A stretch of 64,000 bases of DNA, taken from NCBI GenBank assembly GCA_044345405.1, contig JBIJBE010000014.1, positions 1-64,000 of the forward strand, given 5' to 3'. The notes beneath the pieces were generated by a model that was given only the letters and a program-made list of their open reading frames with translations, ran no database searches and had not been told where the DNA came from. Source of the DNA: Bdellovibrionota bacterium (GTDB lineage: Bacteria; Bdellovibrionota_C; UBA2361; OMII01). A program made the translations under genes and the position numbers. Positions 61,329 through 64,000 of this stretch are shown here, in pieces (within the stretch, counting starts at the first letter, position 1; each line of letters starts with the position of its first letter).

Positions 61329-64000
61329 TTACTCGATCTCCGGAAGGGGACTGAAGAGATTTTCGAGATCCGCCTTGGCGAGCTTAAGTGTCGAGAGTCC
61401 GTTCTCATTGACGAGCGCGTCAACGAGCTTCGACTTCTTCTCTTTAAGCGCCATGATCTTCTGTTCAACAGAATCTTCAGTGACCAATCGGTACACGGAA
61501 ACCGTTTTGTTCTGACCGATACGGTGCGCTCGATCGACAGCTTGGCTCTCCACCGCTGGGTTCCACCATGGGTCGTAGATGATCACGGTGTCGGCCGCCA
61601 TCAAGTTGAGACCGGCGCCTCCAGCCTTCAAGCTGATAAGGAAGAGGCGAACGGACTCGTCCTGAGAGAACTGATCGATAAGTTCCTGACGGTTACGTGT
61701 AGCTCCATCGAGGTAGAGGTACTTGGTCTGCTGTTCATCCAACCACGTGCGGATGATGTTCAGCATTCCCCGGAATTGACTAAACAGGAGTATCTTTCGT
61801 CCTGACTCAAGGGCCTCGATCGTAAGATCTTTGAGAAGGTTGAACTTACCCGAATCGTATCCAGCGAGGTCCTCAAACGCCTCGATGGAGTTCGGATGAT
61901 TACATACCTGTCGCAACCGGAGGAGGGCGGCCAAGATAGAAACGCTCGCTCCCGCGACCCCCTTCTTTTTAATGGCGTCGAAGACCTTCGGCCGAACCTC
62001 GTTGAGGATCTGCGCGTACATCTGTCGCTGACTTGGGGTCATGTCCACGTGGAGCACTGACTCAATCTTTGGTGGAAGCTCCTTCTCAACGTCCGCTTTA
62101 AGGCGTCGAAGGATGAAGGGGCGGGTTTTCCCGTTCAGAAGCTGAGCGACCTGTACCGAGGTCCCACCCTCGAGGATCGGACGTTCGATATTGGCTCTGA
62201 AGAACTCGTAGGATCCAAGGTACCCCGGCATGAGGAAATCCATGATCGACCAAAGTTCCATCGGTCGATTCTCGGTGGGAGTTCCGGTCAAGGCCAAGCG
62301 ATGGCGGGCTCTAATAGCTTTCGCCGCTTTGGTGGTCGCCGCTTGTGGATTCTTAATATTTTGAGCCTCATCGAGTACGATGTGTGAGAACTCGTATCGC
62401 TCGAGGTCATACCGATCGACCCGCAAGAGGGCGTAGGAGGTGAGCACGATATCCGTATCGGGGATCTGCTCGAAGAGCGCTTTCCGTCCCGGACCGTGCA
62501 ACATAATGCTGCTCATCTCCGGGGTGAACTTCTTAATCTCGTAGCTCCAGTTGGTGATAACGGAGGTTGGCGCGACGATCAAGATCGGCTTCTTCGCCCC
62601 CTTCTTCTTGCCCCGCTTGTCCTTCAAGCTTTGGAAGAAGGCGAGGGTCTGAACCGTTTTTCCGAGACCCATCTCATCCGCGAGGATTCCACCGAGCTCA
62701 AACTCATAGAGGAAGTTAAGCCAGCTCACGCCCTCCTCTTGGTAGTGGCGAAGTTTTCCGATGAATCCCTTCGATGGTTTGACAGGTTTAATCTCTGAGA
62801 AGGTTGAGAGCTTCTCATTGAGCGCCGCGAGTTTGCGATCGAGGGAGATCGAGAAACCGGTGTCGGTAATTCGTCCGAGGCTTATCGCTTGAGCGAGAGA
62901 GAGCTTCGTCTTGATCGTGTTGCTCACCCGCGCGTTTGGATCGACCATGCCAAGGATGGTGCGAAGGTGCGCCATGCTGCCGCCAGGAATGCGCGCGTAC
63001 GCCCCGCTATCGAGACGGGTCCATCGATCGGCGTCTCCACGTGCGTTTTTAAATACCGCGGAGAGGGGGAGGTTGGCGTTGTTCTGCACGACGGAGACGT
63101 GACAGTCGAACCAATCAATGCTTCCTCCGGCAAGACCTGAGGAGGTCGCGTTCTCCAGGGCGTCGAGATCCTTCTTAGCGGACGCGCCAGAGAGGGAAAC
63201 CGCGATCTTAAGTTCCGCGAATCGAATTCCTTTCTTGACCGCCTCAAGTCCGACTACCTTCCATCTTTCTCCAAGTTGGTTGCTCGTTTCGTGCGCGAAG
63301 TCGAGCGCTGAGTCCCCTTGAATCGAGTATCGGCGGGGTTCCGGTGTCGTGGAGAACCCGAGGGTCGTGAGTAACGTGATGGCTTCGCGCTCCAGCTGCT
63401 TGTTTCTGAGGTAGACGACGTTTGAGTTGTTCGCGGGAACGGGATACTCGAAATCGAGGGCGGCCGATATCTCGATACTTCTGTGCGATGTGAAGTGATC
63501 GGAGGCCACGTCCCGACGCTCCAGGTGAAGGATCGGGGTAGGGTCCTTAACTTCAACAGAGGGTTGAAGCTCACTGTTCGCGACCTTTAGAGATGGGGTG
63601 GAGGTGCCCTCAAGTTCCATGAGGACCTCAAGGATTGGACCGACCTGAGGGCGGCTCAGATTGAGGGTCTGGTTTGGGCCGAAGATAGACGCGATGCGAG
63701 CGCCTTGGGGTGATAGTCGATAGATCCGGTTGCCGACAAAGGTCCAGAAAGGTCCGGTTCCGAAGATGTCGCGAGTCTTCTCGATCTCTAGAGAGCCCTC
63801 GCTCGCTGGGGTTATCCAGTGCATCGATATCTCTAGGTTCGATGATCTCCACGAGAGGGTAAGCGCCGCCGAGAGTGGCTCGTGGCTAAGGGTGATCGGT
63901 TGAAGGTTGTTGATCTCTAAAACTGTCTCAAACTCCTCAATGAGTCCGAGCACGAGTTCGATCCCCTTGCTTGAGTTGATGTACCATAGGCGACTCGCTT
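61329..64000 (-). CDS. SNF2-family helicase (5' end beyond the window)
   Basis: ILADEMGLGKT, LDEAQNIKN, LTGTPTEN, DRAHRIGQ; the frame stays open to the window edge. Confidence 0.95.
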   Translation of the reverse strand, partial: ASRLWYINSSKGIELVLGLIEEFETVLEINNLQPITLSHEPLSAALTLSWRSSNLEISMHWITPASEGSLEIEKTRDIFGTGPFWTFVGNRIYRLSPQGARIASIFGPNQTLNLSRPQVGPILEVLMELEGTSTPSLKVANSELQPSVEVKDPTPILHLERRDVASDHFTSHRSIEISAALDFEYPVPANNSNVVYLRNKQLEREAITLLTTLGFSTTPEPRRYSIQGDSALDFAHETSNQLGERWKVVGLEAVKKGIRFAELKIAVSLSGASAKKDLDALENATSSGLAGGSIDWFDCHVSVVQNNANLPLSAVFKNARGDADRWTRLDSGAYARIPGGSMAHLRTILGMVDPNARVSNTIKTKLSLAQAISLGRITDTGFSISLDRKLAALNEKLSTFSEIKPVKPSKGFIGKLRHYQEEGVSWLNFLYEFELGGILADEMGLGKTVQTLAFFQSLKDKRGKKKGAKKPILIVAPTSVITNWSYEIKKFTPEMSSIMLHGPGRKALFEQIPDTDIVLTSYALLRVDRYDLERYEFSHIVLDEAQNIKNPQAATTKAAKAIRARHRLALTGTPTENRPMELWSIMDFLMPGYLGSYEFFRANIERPILEGGTSVQVAQLLNGKTRPFILRRLKADVEKELPPKIESVLHVDMTPSQRQMYAQILNEVRPKVFDAIKKKGVAGASVSILAALLRLRQVCNHPNSIEAFEDLAGYDSGKFNLLKDLTIEALESGRKILLFSQFRGMLNIIRTWLDEQQTKYLYLDGATRNRQELIDQFSQDESVRLFLISLKAGGAGLNLMAADTVIIYDPWWNPAVESQAVDRAHRIGQNKTVSVYRLVTEDSVEQKIMALKEKKSKLVDALVNENGLSTLKLAKADLENLFSPLPEIE

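Noticed and set aside
61197-61805. ORF with HVHVYEHVHV as a metal-binding protein
   Set aside because: The motif is the translation of the hexamer repeat and the rest is antisense to the SNF2 gene.
1-64000. tRNA, rRNA, tmRNA or RNase P genes
   Set aside because: No diagnostic motifs were noticed by eye; a covariance search was not possible.

Overview
Bacterial chromosomal window of roughly 55-60% GC (estimated by eye); the gene content is compatible with a deltaproteobacteria/Bdellovibrionota-type organism, but this is not established. Contents in order: a chemotaxis cluster (MCP, cheA, cheW, CheR-CheB fusion); an accessory stretch with two Tat-type trypsin-like proteases, a Clp ATPase lacking its N-domain and a divergent RpoD-like sigma factor; a complete IS110 element; housekeeping blocks (pcnB-lptB-rpoN-hpf-rapZ-metK, mfd-surA-pgm, tmk-holB-metG beta domain-tatD, parC-parE, tkt, ihfA); a degenerate UvrA paralog; secreted proteins; a phoU remnant; and a partial SNF2 helicase. 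The strongest result is the IS110 element at 14724-15928. Its left end encodes a readable bridge RNA whose four guides match the reconstructed target (GACCGCC-CT-CCC) and the donor circle junction (ACAGCCG-CT-TGTA). It is inserted in a REP-like palindrome family that has other copies in the window. A second unexplained family of hexamer-built inverted repeats also occurs. No rRNA, tRNA or CRISPR array was seen.
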